Shown: in pieces, positions 1 through 13,311 of the stretch
Layout: each line of letters starts with the position of its first letter
Numbering within the stretch: position 1 is the stretch's first letter
Source of the DNA: Vicinamibacteria bacterium
Lineage (GTDB): Bacteria; Acidobacteriota; Vicinamibacteria; Marinacidobacterales; Marinacidobacteraceae
Direction of reading: 5' to 3'
DNA length: 64,000 nt
Assembly: GCA_965199715.1 (NCBI GenBank)
Contig: OZ241322.1
Coordinates: 1,152,001-1,216,000 of the forward strand
The notes under the pieces: model-generated
What the model was told of the DNA's origin: nothing
Databases searched by the model: none
Seen by the model: the letters and a program-made list of their open reading frames with translations, nothing else
Position numbers and translations under genes: made by a program

Positions 1-106
1 GGTCCTCATGCAGCGAGTCCTGGTAATTCCCCGAGGCGTACCAGCGCGAGCGCCACGTCTTGGTGTACCCGAGCCGGAAGCCCAGGGGATGCACTTTCTG
101 GCCCAT
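1..106 (-). CDS. rpsC: 30S ribosomal protein S3 (5' part; runs off window)
   Basis: ATG at 106 gives [24 protein letters not shown]; follows rplV. Confidence 0.95.
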   Translation of the reverse strand, partial: MGQKVHPLGFRLGYTKTWRSRWYASGNYQDSLHED

Positions 107-108
107 GC

Positions 109-474
109 CTACTGTCCCTCTTCTTCCTCGGCCCGCACGCGGATCGTGTAGTGGGTGGTTCGGCGGCGGATGCGGCGGATGCGGGCCCGGCGGCCGCTGC
201 GGCCGATGGTCCGGGCCGGCCCCTCGTCGGCGAACGCCTCGGCCACGACGAGCCGGTCCTCGTCCAGCCGGCGCGCCTCGTCGAGGGCCCGGGTCTGGGC
301 GTTGGCGATCGCCGAACGGAGCACCTGCTCGATCACCGGCGCCGCGGCGCGGTTCGTGTTCTGGAGGATGGCGATGGCCTTCGCGGCGGACCGGCGCCGG
401 ATCAGGTCCAGCACCAGGCGACCCTTCTGGGCCGATCCCGGGCACGCGCGGGCGCGGGCGACGGCTTCGATCAT
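109..474 (-). CDS. rplV: 50S ribosomal protein L22
   Basis: [23 protein letters not shown]...RTTH; S10 operon position. Confidence 0.95.
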   Translation of the reverse strand: MIEAVARARACPGSAQKGRLVLDLIRRRSAAKAIAILQNTNRAAAPVIEQVLRSAIANAQTRALDEARRLDEDRLVVAEAFADEGPARTIGRSGRRARIRRIRRRTTHYTIRVRAEEEEGQ

Positions 475-505
475 CGGACGCCTCCGGAGCGGGGAGCGAG
501 GGCCA

Positions 506-790
506 TCAGCGCCGCCGCCCCGACTTGTCGGTCTTGACCTTGTGGCCCCGGAAGGTCCGCGTGGGCGAGAACTCGCCCAGCTTGTGGCCCACCATGTTGT
601 CGGTCACGTACACCGGAATGAACTTCTTGCCGTTGTGGACGGCGAACGTCATTCCGACCATCTCGGGACTGATCGTGGAGCGGCGCGACCAGGTCTTGAT
701 GACCGACTGGCGGCGCGCGTCCATGGCGGACTCCACCTTCTGGATGAGGCTCTCCTCGATGAAGGGGCCCTTCTTGACCGAACGCGGCAT
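506..790 (-). CDS. rpsS: 30S ribosomal protein S19
   Basis: [30 protein letters not shown]. Confidence 0.98.
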   Translation of the reverse strand: MPRSVKKGPFIEESLIQKVESAMDARRQSVIKTWSRRSTISPEMVGMTFAVHNGKKFIPVYVTDNMVGHKLGEFSPTRTFRGHKVKTDKSGRRR

Positions 791-799
791 GAGACCTCC

Positions 800-1633
<834 letters not shown>

Positions 1634-1635
1634 CG

Positions 1636-1923
1636 TCACACGCCCTTGAAGAGATCGATGGCGTCGCCGTCCCGAAGCGACACGAAGGCCTTCTTCCACG
1701 ACGGGCGCGGCCCGCGGAAACGCCCCCACCGCTTCATCTTGCCCTTGCGGTTGGCGGTGCGCACTCCGGTCACCTTCACGTCGAACAGATGCTCGATCGC
1801 CTGGCGGATCTCCACCTTGTTCGCGCCCGGGCGCACCCGGAAGCAGAACGTGTTGCGGGTCTCCTGAAGCCGGTCCGCCTTCTCGGTGGTGAGCGGCCCG
1901 AGGATGACCTGATCAGTCCGCAT
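1636..1923 (-). CDS. rplW: 50S ribosomal protein L23
   Basis: [31 protein letters not shown]. Confidence 0.97.
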   Translation of the reverse strand: MRTDQVILGPLTTEKADRLQETRNTFCFRVRPGANKVEIRQAIEHLFDVKVTGVRTANRKGKMKRWGRFRGPRPSWKKAFVSLRDGDAIDLFKGV

Positions 1924-2566
1924 CGGACCCTCCCGACTCGCGGTACTTGCGAGAGACCGCCTCGAGCGCGGAGGCGCGGATCACGACCGCGTCCGCCTTG
2001 AGGACGTCGTAGCAGTGGAGCCGGCGCACCGAAACCACCTCGACGCGCTGGAGGTTTCGCGCCGAGAGCTCGAGCTCCCTCGACGGCGCCTCGTCCACGA
2101 GGAGCACGCGGCCGCCGCCGAGGCCCCAGCTCTCGATCCGCTTCGCGAGCTCGCGGGTCGAGGGCTTCTCGAACGCGAGGTCGGCCACCACCCGGACCGC
2201 GCCGGCGGCGGCGCGCAGCGAGAGCGCGGACCGGCCGGCCCCGCGCTGCATGCGCCCGGGGAGGCGGTACGAGTAGTCGCGCGGCTGCGGCCCGAAGACC
2301 GTTCCGCCACCGCGCCACAGCGGGTTCCGGCGGCTGCCCGTGCGGGCGTTGCCGGTGCCCTTCTGCCGCCAGGGCTTGCGGCCGCCGCCCCGGACCTTCG
2401 CCCGGTTCTTCGTGGCGTGCGTGCCGGTGCGCTGGCCCGCCATGCGCTGGCGGACCGCGTCGTAGTGGAGCGCCGGATTCACCTCCACCCCGAACACGGC
2501 GGGATCGAGCTCGACCGGAGCTCCGCCCGGCTCGACCGGGTTCGCGACCAGCGTCGTCTCGCTCAC
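1913..2566 (-). CDS. rplD: 50S ribosomal protein L4
   Basis: GTG start overlapping rplC stop; KPWRQKGTGNARTGS, FGPQPRDY. Confidence 0.96.
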   Translation of the reverse strand: MSETTLVANPVEPGGAPVELDPAVFGVEVNPALHYDAVRQRMAGQRTGTHATKNRAKVRGGGRKPWRQKGTGNARTGSRRNPLWRGGGTVFGPQPRDYSYRLPGRMQRGAGRSALSLRAAAGAVRVVADLAFEKPSTRELAKRIESWGLGGGRVLLVDEAPSRELELSARNLQRVEVVSVRRLHCYDVLKADAVVIRASALEAVSRKYRESGGSDAD

Positions 2567-3177
2567 GACTTCCTCACCTCGACGTAGCCGCCCTTCGGGC
2601 CGGGCACCGCGCCGCGCACGAGGAGCAGGTTCTGCTCCGGATCCACCTTCACCACCCGAAGGTTGCGCACGGTCACGCGGGCGTGGCCGAGGTGGCCGGG
2701 AAGCCGGGTTCCCGGAAGCACCCGGGAAGGCGTGGCGCACATCCCGATCGCGCCCGGCGACCGGTGGAACTTGGAGCCGTGCGACCCGGGGCCGCCGCCG
2801 AAGCCGTGGCGGCGCATCACGCCGGCGAAGCCCTTGCCCTTGCTCACGCCGCTCACGCGCACGCGTTCGTCCGGCGCGAACTGGTCCGCGCCGAGCCGGG
2901 TTCCCACTTCGGGATCCTCGCCGTCCGCCGGACGGAACTCGCGCAGCGGAAACGCCGCCACCTTCGCGGCGGAGCGGCGCATCGCGGCGCGTCCGCGCCG
3001 GGTCGTGCGCCCCTGCTGCTCGAGACCGACGAGCACCGACCGGTAGCCTTCGCGCTCGGGGGTCTTGCGCTGCAGCACCACGCAGGGCCCAACCCGCAGC
3101 ACCGTGACCGGGACGACCTTGCCGTCGTCGGCGAAGTGCTGGGTCATCCCCAGCTTCACGCCAAGCAGTCCTTCCAT
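2563..3177 (-). CDS. rplC: 50S ribosomal protein L3
   Basis: [34 protein letters not shown]. Confidence 0.97.
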   Translation of the reverse strand: MEGLLGVKLGMTQHFADDGKVVPVTVLRVGPCVVLQRKTPEREGYRSVLVGLEQQGRTTRRGRAAMRRSAAKVAAFPLREFRPADGEDPEVGTRLGADQFAPDERVRVSGVSKGKGFAGVMRRHGFGGGPGSHGSKFHRSPGAIGMCATPSRVLPGTRLPGHLGHARVTVRNLRVVKVDPEQNLLLVRGAVPGPKGGYVEVRKS

Positions 3178-3187
3178 GCCGATCCCC

Positions 3188-3526
3188 CTACTCGCCCCCG
3201 GGCCTCGTCTCGTCGGCCACCATCGCCTTGATCTCCACGTGGACCCCGGAAGGGAGATCGAGGCGCGAAAGGGCGTCCACCGTCGTGGGAGTCGAGCCGA
3301 GGATATCGAGGAGACGCTTGTGGGTGCGCATCTCGAACTGCTCGCGCGACTTCTTGTCCACGTGGGGGGAGCGCAACACGGTGTAGCGGTTCTTCACGGT
3401 GGGCAGCGGGATGGGGCCCGCCACGGTGGCGCCGGTACGCCGGGCGGTGTCCACGATCTCGCTGACCGACTGGTCCAGCAGGCGATGGTCGAACGCCTTC
3501 AGCCGGATCCGGATCTTCTCGTTCAT
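3188..3526 (-). CDS. rpsJ: 30S ribosomal protein S10
   Basis: [30 protein letters not shown]. Confidence 0.98.
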   Translation of the reverse strand: MNEKIRIRLKAFDHRLLDQSVSEIVDTARRTGATVAGPIPLPTVKNRYTVLRSPHVDKKSREQFEMRTHKRLLDILGSTPTTVDALSRLDLPSGVHVEIKAMVADETRPGGE

Positions 3527-3583
3527 ACGGCGGGTTCCTTCCGGCGGAGCCGCGTTTCGCGCGCCGTATGCATGGTCATCTCG

Positions 3584-5653
<2,070 letters not shown>

Positions 5654-5742
5654 GGGCTGAGGGACGCACTCGATTCAACTGGGTCCGGGCGGAGGCGCGA
5701 ACGCCGGTCCGGGACCGATCTCTCTCGTGATTCGGTCCTCCC

Positions 5743-6213
5743 CTACCAGCGGTGGTGGGCGAACGCCTTGTTCGCCTCGGCCATCTTGTGGGTGTCCTCG
5801 CGCTTCTTCACCGCGCCGCCGCGGTTGTGGTACGCGTCGAGAAGTTCGCCGGCGAGCTTGTCCGCCATGGTCTTTTCCGGACGCCGGCGGGCGTAGCCCA
5901 CGATCCAGCGGAGGGAGAGCGAGGTGCGCCGCTCGGGACGGACCTCGAAGGGCACCTGCACGTTGGTGCCGCCCTTCCGCCGGCTCTTGACCTCGAGCGT
6001 GGGCTTCACGTTCTCGACGGCTTGGCGGAAGACCGTGAGCGCCTCGCCGTCGGTGCGCTCCTTGATCTTGTCGAACGCGCCGTACACGATGTTTTCGGCC
6101 TGCGCCTTCTTGCCGTCCAGCATCACCTTGTTCACGAACGAGGAGACGAGGACGCTCTGGTAGCGCGGATCGGGCAACGGCTGGCGCTTCTTTACGTCAC
6201 GACGGCGGGACAC
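5743..6213 (-). CDS. rpsG: 30S ribosomal protein S7
   Basis: [19 protein letters not shown]; between rpsL and fusA. Confidence 0.97.
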   Translation of the reverse strand: MSRRRDVKKRQPLPDPRYQSVLVSSFVNKVMLDGKKAQAENIVYGAFDKIKERTDGEALTVFRQAVENVKPTLEVKSRRKGGTNVQVPFEVRPERRTSLSLRWIVGYARRRPEKTMADKLAGELLDAYHNRGGAVKKREDTHKMAEANKAFAHHRW

Positions 6214-6224
6214 GGATCAACCCC

Positions 6225-6599
6225 TCACTTGCCGGGCCGTTTCGCGCCGTACTTGGACCGCGCGTTCTTGCGGCCGTCCACTCCGTGGGCGTCCTGATTT
6301 CCCCGGACCACGTGGTAGCGGACTCCGGGGAGATCCTTCACCCGGCCGCCCCGGATGAGCACGATCGAGTGCTCCTGGAGCGAGTGGCCGACCCCCGGAA
6401 TGTAGGTGGTCACCTCGATGCCGGTGGTGAGCCGCACGCGGGCCACCTTTCGCAGCGCCGAGTTGGGCTTCTTGGGGTTCACGGTGAACACCCGGACGCA
6501 CACGCCCCGTCGCTGCGGGCACTTCATCAGCGCCGGCGAGTCGCTGCCGGCGACGAGGCGCTTGCGCCCCTTGCGGACGAGCTGATGGATGGTGGGCAT
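6225..6599 (-). CDS. rpsL: 30S ribosomal protein S12
   Basis: [19 protein letters not shown]. Confidence 0.99.
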   Translation of the reverse strand: MPTIHQLVRKGRKRLVAGSDSPALMKCPQRRGVCVRVFTVNPKKPNSALRKVARVRLTTGIEVTTYIPGVGHSLQEHSIVLIRGGRVKDLPGVRYHVVRGNQDAHGVDGRKNARSKYGAKRPGK

Positions 6600-6754
6600 G
6601 TTGAAGAGAGCGAACCGAAAACGGCGCAGCCGACACCGAACCGGAACCCCCGGGAGGAAGAACCTCGGGAACGGTGGAAATGCGCGGCCCGGATAGGGGC
6701 CGACGCCGCATCGCAGCGGAAGACGAACCAGCAGGGCGCCGGAATGGACGGAGG

Positions 6755-6760
6755 ATTCTA
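6755..6760 (-). promoter_or_regulatory. Putative sigma70 -10 box (TAGAAT) for the str operon
   Basis: TAGAAT on the minus strand about 155 nt upstream of rpsL, in otherwise GC-rich DNA. Confidence 0.5.
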
Positions 6761-6780
6761 GGCGCGTGGGCCAGCCGGCG

Positions 6781-7047
6781 TCAACTGAACGTACGGGCCC
6801 AAGGGATTGGGCGGCCAGGCCGGAACTCCCGAAGCAACCAGTCGCCGGACCCCGGAATCGGTCCCTCTTCCTCCTCGGGCTCCGCTTCGCGGTTCCGCAG
6901 GATCCACGGCGTCAGGGTCAGCGCCAGCGGCGGCGTCAGGAGCAGGAACAGCGCGGAGGCGATGGTTCGGACATTTTCGACGCGAACGTCTCCATGACCC
7001 GCCTCTGCTGGACCCTCATGGTCGCGCCGGACGGCCGCGGACCGCAA
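6781..7047 (-). CDS. Possible small single-TM hypothetical protein (start uncertain)
   Basis: Hydrophobic segment [22 protein letters not shown] followed by an acidic tail; fills the gap between parE and the rpsL promoter. Confidence 0.35.
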   Translation of the reverse strand: MRSAAVRRDHEGPAEAGHGDVRVENVRTIASALFLLLTPPLALTLTPWILRNREAEPEEEEGPIPGSGDWLLREFRPGRPIPWARTFS

Positions 7048-7063
7048 CTGCGCGGGGCGCCCG

Positions 7064-8968
7064 CTACACGTCGAGGGTCGCCCGATCCGCGACGCCGCCC
7101 GCGATCAATTCCTTGCGCACCGACGGGTCCTTGCCCATCAGCGCGTTCACCCACGCTCTCGGGTCCATGTCCGCCGGGATCCGGACCTGGATGAGACGCC
7201 GGGTCGCCGGGTTCAGCGTGGTCTCCCACAGCGCGGCGGGCTGCATCTCGCCGAGTCCCTTGAAGCGGGTGAGGACCGACTTCGCGCTGCCGGGCAGCCC
7301 GGCGAGGATCGCGTCCCTGGCCGCGTCGTCGGACGCCCAGCGCACCTCGCCGCCGACCTCGATCCGGTAGAGCGGCGGCTCGGCGACGAAGACCCGCCCC
7401 GCCCTCAGGACCGGGAGCATGAGCACGACGAAGGCGGTGAGCAGCAGCGTGGTGATGTGATGGCCGTCGGCGTCGGCGTCGGCGAGCAGGATGATCCGCC
7501 GGTAGCGGAGACCGTCCGGATCGCAGGCGGCTCCGGCGCCGCATCCGAGCGCGAGGACGATGTCGGCGATCTCGCGGTTCTTCGCGACGAGCGCGGGGGC
7601 CGCCTGGGCCACGTTCAGCACCTTCCCGCGCAGGGGGAGGATCGCCTGCCGCGCCCGGTCGCGGGCCTGCTTCGCCGAGCCGCCCGCCGAATCGCCCTCG
7701 ACGAGAAAGATCTCGGTGGAGGCGGGGTCGCGCAGCGCCGCGTCGCTGAGCTTGCCGGGAAGGACCGCCCGGCCCCGCTTTTCCGGGCGGCGGGAGATCG
7801 CGGCGGCCGCCGAACGGGCGGCCTCCCGGGCGCGCGACGCCAGCAGCACCCGCCCGACGATCCGCTCCGCCGCCGAGCGCGACTGGTGGAGCCAGCGCTC
7901 CAGCTCCACCTGCACCGCTCCCCGCAGCGGCGCTCGCACCCCGGGGTTGTTCAGGCGGTCCTTGGTCTGGCCCTGGAACTGCGGGTCGGGCAGGAAGACG
8001 CTGAGCGCCGCGACGACGCCCTCGCGCACGTCCTCGGCGGCCACCGAAACGCCTCGGGGCGCGAGCGCGTGGGACTCGATGTACCCGCGCACCGCCCGTT
8101 CGAGCCCCTCGCGCATCCCCGTCTCGTGCGAACCGCCCGACGCGGTCGGGATGCCGTTCACGAAGCTGCGGAAGTCCTCGCGCGGAGCCTCGGTCCAGCC
8201 CAGCGAGAGCTCCATGCGGGCGCCGGGGAGGAGGTCGTCGCGCGTCATCTCGAAGACCGACTCGTGCTGGAGGCTGCGCCCGGCGCCCGCGATCCGCTCC
8301 TCGACGAAGGCGGCGAGGCCGCGCTCCTGCTTCCAATCCTCGACGGACTCCCCGTGCGCGAAGCGGAACGCGACGCCGCGGTGCAGGAAGGCGGCCTCGC
8401 GGAGCCGGGCGGCGATGCGCCCGGGGTCGAAGCGCGGGTTCGGGAAGATCTTCGGGTCGGGGAGGAACTGGATGCGCGTCCCGGTGCCCCGCGCCGGCCC
8501 CTCGTCGCGGAGTCGGCCCTGCGGCGCGCCCCGGACGAACTCCATGACCCACTCGCGGCGGTCGCGCCGCACCGACGCCTTCAACCACGCGCTCAGCGCG
8601 TTCACCGCCGACGCCCCCACGCCGTGGAGGCCCCCCGCGGCGCGGTAGGCTCCGTGGTCGAACTTTCCGCCGGCGTGCAGCGTCGTGAGGATCACTTCGA
8701 GCGCGGACTTCCCCGACCGGTGGCGGTCCACCGGGACCCCTCGGCCGTCGTCCTCGACGCTCACCGAGCCGTCCCCGGCGAGCGCGACCTCGATCCGCGA
8801 GGCGTGGCCGTTCATGGCCTCGTCCACGCCGTTGTCGAGGATTTCCCAGACGAGGTGGTGGAGGCCGTCGGCGTCCACGCCGCCGATGTACATGCCGGGC
8901 CGCTTGCGGACCGGATCCAGCCCCTCGAGGACGGTGATCGCGGAGGCGTCGTATCGATCGGCGGTCAT
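7064..8968 (-). CDS. parE: Type IIA topoisomerase subunit B (topo IV ParE-like)
   Basis: [52 protein letters not shown]; about 634 aa. Confidence 0.85.
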   Translation of the reverse strand: MTADRYDASAITVLEGLDPVRKRPGMYIGGVDADGLHHLVWEILDNGVDEAMNGHASRIEVALAGDGSVSVEDDGRGVPVDRHRSGKSALEVILTTLHAGGKFDHGAYRAAGGLHGVGASAVNALSAWLKASVRRDRREWVMEFVRGAPQGRLRDEGPARGTGTRIQFLPDPKIFPNPRFDPGRIAARLREAAFLHRGVAFRFAHGESVEDWKQERGLAAFVEERIAGAGRSLQHESVFEMTRDDLLPGARMELSLGWTEAPREDFRSFVNGIPTASGGSHETGMREGLERAVRGYIESHALAPRGVSVAAEDVREGVVAALSVFLPDPQFQGQTKDRLNNPGVRAPLRGAVQVELERWLHQSRSAAERIVGRVLLASRAREAARSAAAAISRRPEKRGRAVLPGKLSDAALRDPASTEIFLVEGDSAGGSAKQARDRARQAILPLRGKVLNVAQAAPALVAKNREIADIVLALGCGAGAACDPDGLRYRRIILLADADADGHHITTLLLTAFVVLMLPVLRAGRVFVAEPPLYRIEVGGEVRWASDDAARDAILAGLPGSAKSVLTRFKGLGEMQPAALWETTLNPATRRLIQVRIPADMDPRAWVNALMGKDPSVRKELIAGGVADRATLDV

Positions 8969-11265
8969 TCGGCGGGAGGCTCCGGAACCTCGGGCTCGTG
9001 TTCGACGTGGGCGAACCCCGCCTTGTTGACCAAGTGTCCGACCCGGCCGCGGCCGCCCGCGGGGAAGCGGCTGGTCGTGATCTGCCGGCGCCGGCCGCCC
9101 GGAGTCACCGCGACGAGCGGCTCGTGGCGGCGGGCGGCGCGGAAGCCGAGCACCTCGTCGCCCGGGGCGAGCTTGATGACCCGCACGCCCTTCCCCGGCC
9201 CGGTCAGCAGGTTCACCTCCTCCACCGCGACGACGAGCGCCCGCCCCTTGCGGGTCGCGAGCAGCAGCGCCTCCTCGCCGTCCACGGGAGCCACGCCGAG
9301 CAGGCCGTCTCCCGAGGCGAAGCGGGCGACCCGGCGGCCGACCCGGCGGGAGGCGTCGGCCAGCGGGCCGAGAAGGAACCGCAGCGCGTAGCCGCGCCGG
9401 GTCAGCGCCAGCGCGTGCGTCGGCAGCGCCCCCGGGCGGCGTTCGGCCCACTCGCCCACCGCCCGGCGGTCGAGGCTGAGCATGCTCACGATGGACTCGC
9501 CGTCGCCGAGCTGGAAGAGCGTCTGCACCGGCGCGCCGTATCCGCTCGTGGCCGGGACCTGCGCGATCCGCGCCGTGTAGGCGACCCCGCCGGACGAGAA
9601 GAGCACGAGCGGAGCGCGGGTGCTGCCGGCGGCGAAGGCGAGCGCCTGGTCGCCGTCGCGCAGCCGGAGCGCGTCCTTCCGCACCGTCCGCTGGCGCTTG
9701 ATCCAGCCGTCCCGGCTGAGCGCGACCACGGCGTCCTCGTGCGCCATGAGCTCCTCCTCGTCGAGGTCCTGGGCCTGGCCCGGGTCCTCGATCCGGGTGC
9801 GGCGCGGCTCGAGGTCGCGGTAGTGCTCGCGCAGCTCGACGAGATCCTGCCGGACCCGCGCCCGAATCGCCTCCGGACTGGCGAGCAGCGCTTCGAGCTC
9901 GGCGAGGCGATCGCGCCGGCGGGCCATCTCGTCGAGGATCACCCGGATTTCGAGGCGCGCCAGCCGGTGGATGCGAAGCTCGAGGATCGCGTCGGTCTGC
10001 TCCTCGTCGAGCGGGAGCTCCTTGCGGATGCGCCGCGCCGCGTCGGCCTTCCCGTCGGAGGCGCGGACGATCTTCAGGATGCGGTCGAGCGCGTCGAAGG
10101 TCTGGCGAAAGCCGTCCAGTACGTGGAGCCGCTTCCGCAGGCGCTCGCGCTCCTCCTCCGCTCGCTTGCGGACGACCTCCCCGCGGAACGCGAGGAAGTC
10201 GAGCAGCAGCACGCGCAGGCCGACGCGCTCGGGCGCCCCCGAAGCCGCTCGCTCGAAACGCAGGCAGGTGAAGTTCACCGGGAACGACGCCATGAGCTGC
10301 GTGCGCCGGTACAGGTATTCGAGAACCTTCGCCGGATCCTCGTCCTTCCGGAGTTCGAGCTGGATGCGCACATCGTCGGTCGAGAGGTCGCGCACGTCGA
10401 GAAGGGCGGCCAGCGCCCGGTCGCCCGCGAGCTCCGCCAGCTTCTCGACCAGTTTCGACTTGTCCACGCCGTAGGGGATCGAGGTGACGTGGAGGGTGCG
10501 GACGTTGCGCCGGACCCCGACTTCCTCCACCCCGGCGCGCACCCGCAGCGCCCCGTGGCCGCGCTCGTGGATCCGCAGGAGCCGTTCCGCCGATTCGTGG
10601 ATCACCCCGCCGGTCGGAAAGTCCGGCCCCGGGACGAATCGCTGGAGGCCGGCAGCGTCGAGGTCGGGGTCGTCGAGCAGCGCGACCAGCCCCTCGAGCA
10701 GTTCGACCGGGTTGTACGGCGGGATGCTGGTCGAAACCCCCACCGCGATCCCGATGGCGCCGTTCACGAGCAGGAGCGGGAGGCGCGTGGGCAGAACCGC
10801 GGGCTCCCGGCGCGCGCCGTCGTAGCTCGGGACGTGGGGGACGATCGCCGGGCCGAGCTCGCCCAGCACGTGGTCGGCGGCGGCCGAGAGCCGGCACTCG
10901 GTGTACCGCATCGCCGCGGGCGGGTCGCCGTCGAGCGACCCGAAGTTGCCCGAGCCCTCGACCAGCGGCAGCCGGGACGCGAACGGCTGGGCCATCCGCG
11001 CCAGCGCGTCGTAGATGGACGAGTCGCCGTGGGGGTGGAGCGCCCCCATCACGTCGCCGACGACCTTCGCCGACTTGCGGAAGCGGCCCGAGGAGGTGAG
11101 CTTCTGGCCCCACATCGTCGCGAGGATGCGGCGCTGAACCGGCTTCAGGCCGTCCCGGACGTCGGGGAGCGCCCGACTCAGGATGACCGAGAGCGCGTAC
11201 GCCCGGTAGCGCGTCGTCGCGACTTCCGGGAGGTCCACCCCCGTCGGCGGCGCGTTCTCGTTCAC
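8965..11265 (-). CDS. parC: Type IIA topoisomerase subunit A (topo IV ParC-like)
   Basis: [31 protein letters not shown]; no GyrA-box QxRGGxG at the start of the CTD; GTG start inferred. Confidence 0.85.
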   Translation of the reverse strand: MNENAPPTGVDLPEVATTRYRAYALSVILSRALPDVRDGLKPVQRRILATMWGQKLTSSGRFRKSAKVVGDVMGALHPHGDSSIYDALARMAQPFASRLPLVEGSGNFGSLDGDPPAAMRYTECRLSAAADHVLGELGPAIVPHVPSYDGARREPAVLPTRLPLLLVNGAIGIAVGVSTSIPPYNPVELLEGLVALLDDPDLDAAGLQRFVPGPDFPTGGVIHESAERLLRIHERGHGALRVRAGVEEVGVRRNVRTLHVTSIPYGVDKSKLVEKLAELAGDRALAALLDVRDLSTDDVRIQLELRKDEDPAKVLEYLYRRTQLMASFPVNFTCLRFERAASGAPERVGLRVLLLDFLAFRGEVVRKRAEEERERLRKRLHVLDGFRQTFDALDRILKIVRASDGKADAARRIRKELPLDEEQTDAILELRIHRLARLEIRVILDEMARRRDRLAELEALLASPEAIRARVRQDLVELREHYRDLEPRRTRIEDPGQAQDLDEEELMAHEDAVVALSRDGWIKRQRTVRKDALRLRDGDQALAFAAGSTRAPLVLFSSGGVAYTARIAQVPATSGYGAPVQTLFQLGDGESIVSMLSLDRRAVGEWAERRPGALPTHALALTRRGYALRFLLGPLADASRRVGRRVARFASGDGLLGVAPVDGEEALLLATRKGRALVVAVEEVNLLTGPGKGVRVIKLAPGDEVLGFRAARRHEPLVAVTPGGRRRQITTSRFPAGGRGRVGHLVNKAGFAHVEHEPEVPEPPAE

Positions 11266-11286
11266 CGGTGCGGCAGAATGGGCGCG

Positions 11287-11652
11287 ATGCGAAGAGCGCG
11301 GGGAGCGTCGGCGCTGCTCGTGGCCGGCGGCGCGGTTTTCGGCGTCGGCGCGCTCGGGCTCGACCGGCTGTCCTTCGTCCCCTGCGGGTTCCGGTGGCTC
11401 ACCGGACTTCCGTGCCCGCTGTGCTTCGGAACCCGGGCGACGTACGCGCTCTCCCAGGGAGCGATCGGCGACGCCTTCGCGCTGAACCCGCTGGTTCCCC
11501 TGGGCGCCCTCGCGATCGTCATCAGCGGGGCGCTGCTGCTCGCCGACCGGGAGCCGCCGTGGCTCGCGCCGGGCCGCCAGCCGGCGGTGTTCAAGGCCGC
11601 GCTCGCCGCCGTCGGGATCAACTGGTTCTACCTGATCTTCCACTCCGGCTAG
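11287..11652 (+). CDS. DUF2752-family membrane protein
   Basis: [17 protein letters not shown]...G....AFALNPL pattern; alternative ATG at 11278. Confidence 0.75.
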   Translation: MRRARGASALLVAGGAVFGVGALGLDRLSFVPCGFRWLTGLPCPLCFGTRATYALSQGAIGDAFALNPLVPLGALAIVISGALLLADREPPWLAPGRQPAVFKAALAAVGINWFYLIFHSG

Positions 11653-12041
11653 TCGGCGGCCTCGACGTACGCCCGGACCATCAGCCGCCGGGGGCCGCGC
11701 GAGTCGTTCGAGCGGATCGTGATCCAGCGTTCGACGACGCCCCGCAGCGCTCCGGTCTCGAGCGTGACGCGCAGCGTGGTCGCGCCGCCGGCCGGAACGG
11801 TCGCGTCCCCGATCACGGTGGCGATGCAACTGCACGCGGACGCGATGCGCCCGATCTCGAGCGACCGCCGCCCGGCGTTCTTCAGCGCGAAGTCATGGAC
11901 GAGCGACTCGCCGGGACCGACCGCGCCGAAGTCCCACTCCTCGGGCTCGATCTCGAGCCGGGGTCCCTGCGCCGCGGAAACCGCCGGAACCAGGGCGAGG
12001 AAGAGCAGCAGCGGGGCGGCCCGCCGCTCAGTCCTCCGCAC
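11649..12041 (-). CDS. DUF1573-domain (Ig-like) secreted protein
   Basis: Signal peptide; WDFGAV...F.LKN.G...L.I....SACSC...PAGG...I.SND. Confidence 0.8.
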   Translation of the reverse strand: MRRTERRAAPLLLFLALVPAVSAAQGPRLEIEPEEWDFGAVGPGESLVHDFALKNAGRRSLEIGRIASACSCIATVIGDATVPAGGATTLRVTLETGALRGVVERWITIRSNDSRGPRRLMVRAYVEAAD

Positions 12042-12309
12042 CGGACGCCTCCACGGTCTTGAGGAACGCCGCGAGTTTCTCGTTCTCGTAGCGGACGACG
12101 TTCAGGAAGAGGCTCTCCACGAGGTATTCGCGGCGCTCCGCCTCGGTCATGGATTCGACCACGTGCCGGATCTCGCGCATCATGTTCTCGTAGCTGTTCC
12201 GGAATCGGCTCTTCACCGAGACCTCGCGGTAGAGCGACTCGAGGATCCCGAGGAGATCGCCGTCGAGCGTGACCTCCGCTCCCTCGCGCAGGGAAATGGC
12301 GCGCATCAC
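12028..12309 (-). CDS. Hypothetical helical protein (93 aa)
   Basis: Protein-like composition; overlaps both neighbours in an operon-like fashion. Confidence 0.75.
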   Translation of the reverse strand: MMRAISLREGAEVTLDGDLLGILESLYREVSVKSRFRNSYENMMREIRHVVESMTEAERREYLVESLFLNVVRYENEKLAAFLKTVEASGAED

Positions 12310-12665
12310 CCGTCCTCCCCGAATCGGCGGCGGGCCGCCGCCGCGGCGTCCTCCACGGTGTCGAAGAACCCGATGATTTCATGGGCGCCGGTCATGCGCA
12401 GCATGGCCCGCACCCGGGGCTGGAGTCCGGCGAGGGCGAGGAACCCGCGGCCGTCCGCCACGCGCCGGTACAGATCCATGATGCAGCCGATCGCGGCGGA
12501 GTCCACGTAGTCCACCGCCTCGAGATCGAGGATGAGAACCGGCCGATCCGGCGCCACTGACGGAGCAAGGCGCTCCATGAGCGGGTCGAGGCCGGCGAAC
12601 ACGAGGCGGGCCTCGCCGACCCGGGCCACGGTGGCGCCGTCCACGTTTCGAATGCCGAGCTTCAC
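12306..12665 (-). CDS. STAS-domain anti-sigma factor antagonist
   Basis: LILDLEAVDYVDSAAIG with phospho-acceptor Ser; GTGA overlap with the sigma gene. Confidence 0.88.
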   Translation of the reverse strand: MKLGIRNVDGATVARVGEARLVFAGLDPLMERLAPSVAPDRPVLILDLEAVDYVDSAAIGCIMDLYRRVADGRGFLALAGLQPRVRAMLRMTGAHEIIGFFDTVEDAAAAARRRFGEDG

Positions 12666-13309
12666 GATTCCATCCTCCCCGGAGGAGACGCCTCCGTGTG
12701 TTCCCGCATCGCGGCGAGATGCCGCTTCAACTCCGCCCGCCCCCGGTGGATGCGGCTCTTGACCGTGCCTTCGGGCACGCCCAGCCGGGCGCAGATGTCG
12801 TCGTAGGGAAGTTCCTCGAAGAATCGCAACTGGACCGCCTCGCGGAGCTTCGGCGAGAGCCGCTCGAGCGCCTCGCGCAGATTGTCGCGCATCTCCCGGC
12901 GCTGGAAGAGCCGGTCCGGGCCCAGCCGCGGATTCCCGAGAAAGCGCTCCGGCGAAACCTCCTGGATCGCGATCCACTGTCTTTCCCGGACGCGCACCCG
13001 ATAGCGGTCGATGCAGTAGTTGCGGGCCACCGAGGACAGCCACACCGCGAAGTGGGCGCGGGGGTCGAAGCGATGAAGCTGGCGGAACACGCGGATGATG
13101 ATCTCGTGGACGAGCTCCTCCGCCTCGCCGTAGTCTCCGGCGAACCGGTAGGCCAGCGAGAAGAGCCGCTGGCGGTGGCGGGAAATGAGCTCGCGCCAGC
13201 CCTCGTCCTCGTCCAGCTCGCCGCTGCGCAGCCCCTCGATGACCGCGATGTCCCGCGCATTCCGCTCCTCGTCGGGGCGCGGCGCTTCCCGGGGGCGAGC
13301 CAGCCCCAA
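12662..13309 (-). CDS. ECF (sigma-70 group 4) RNA polymerase sigma factor
   Basis: EAEELVHE, WL..VARNYCID, Y.DI...LGVPEGTVKSRIHRGR; TTG start inferred. Confidence 0.9.
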   Translation of the reverse strand: MGLARPREAPRPDEERNARDIAVIEGLRSGELDEDEGWRELISRHRQRLFSLAYRFAGDYGEAEELVHEIIIRVFRQLHRFDPRAHFAVWLSSVARNYCIDRYRVRVRERQWIAIQEVSPERFLGNPRLGPDRLFQRREMRDNLREALERLSPKLREAVQLRFFEELPYDDICARLGVPEGTVKSRIHRGRAELKRHLAAMREHTEASPPGRMES

Positions 13310-13311
13310 GA

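Noticed and set aside
6225-6599. Streptomycin-resistance changes in rpsL
   Set aside because: PKKPNSA and RVKDLPG lysines are wild type
11000-11040. Quinolone-resistance substitutions in the ParC-like QRDR
   Set aside because: HGDSSIYD keeps the Ser and the acidic residue
7064-11113. Apparent 1349-aa ParE with a long N-terminal extension or ParC-ParE fusion
   Set aside because: The extension is an Arg/Pro/Ala-rich off-frame reading of parC; a clean ATGA overlap at 8965-8968 explains both genes
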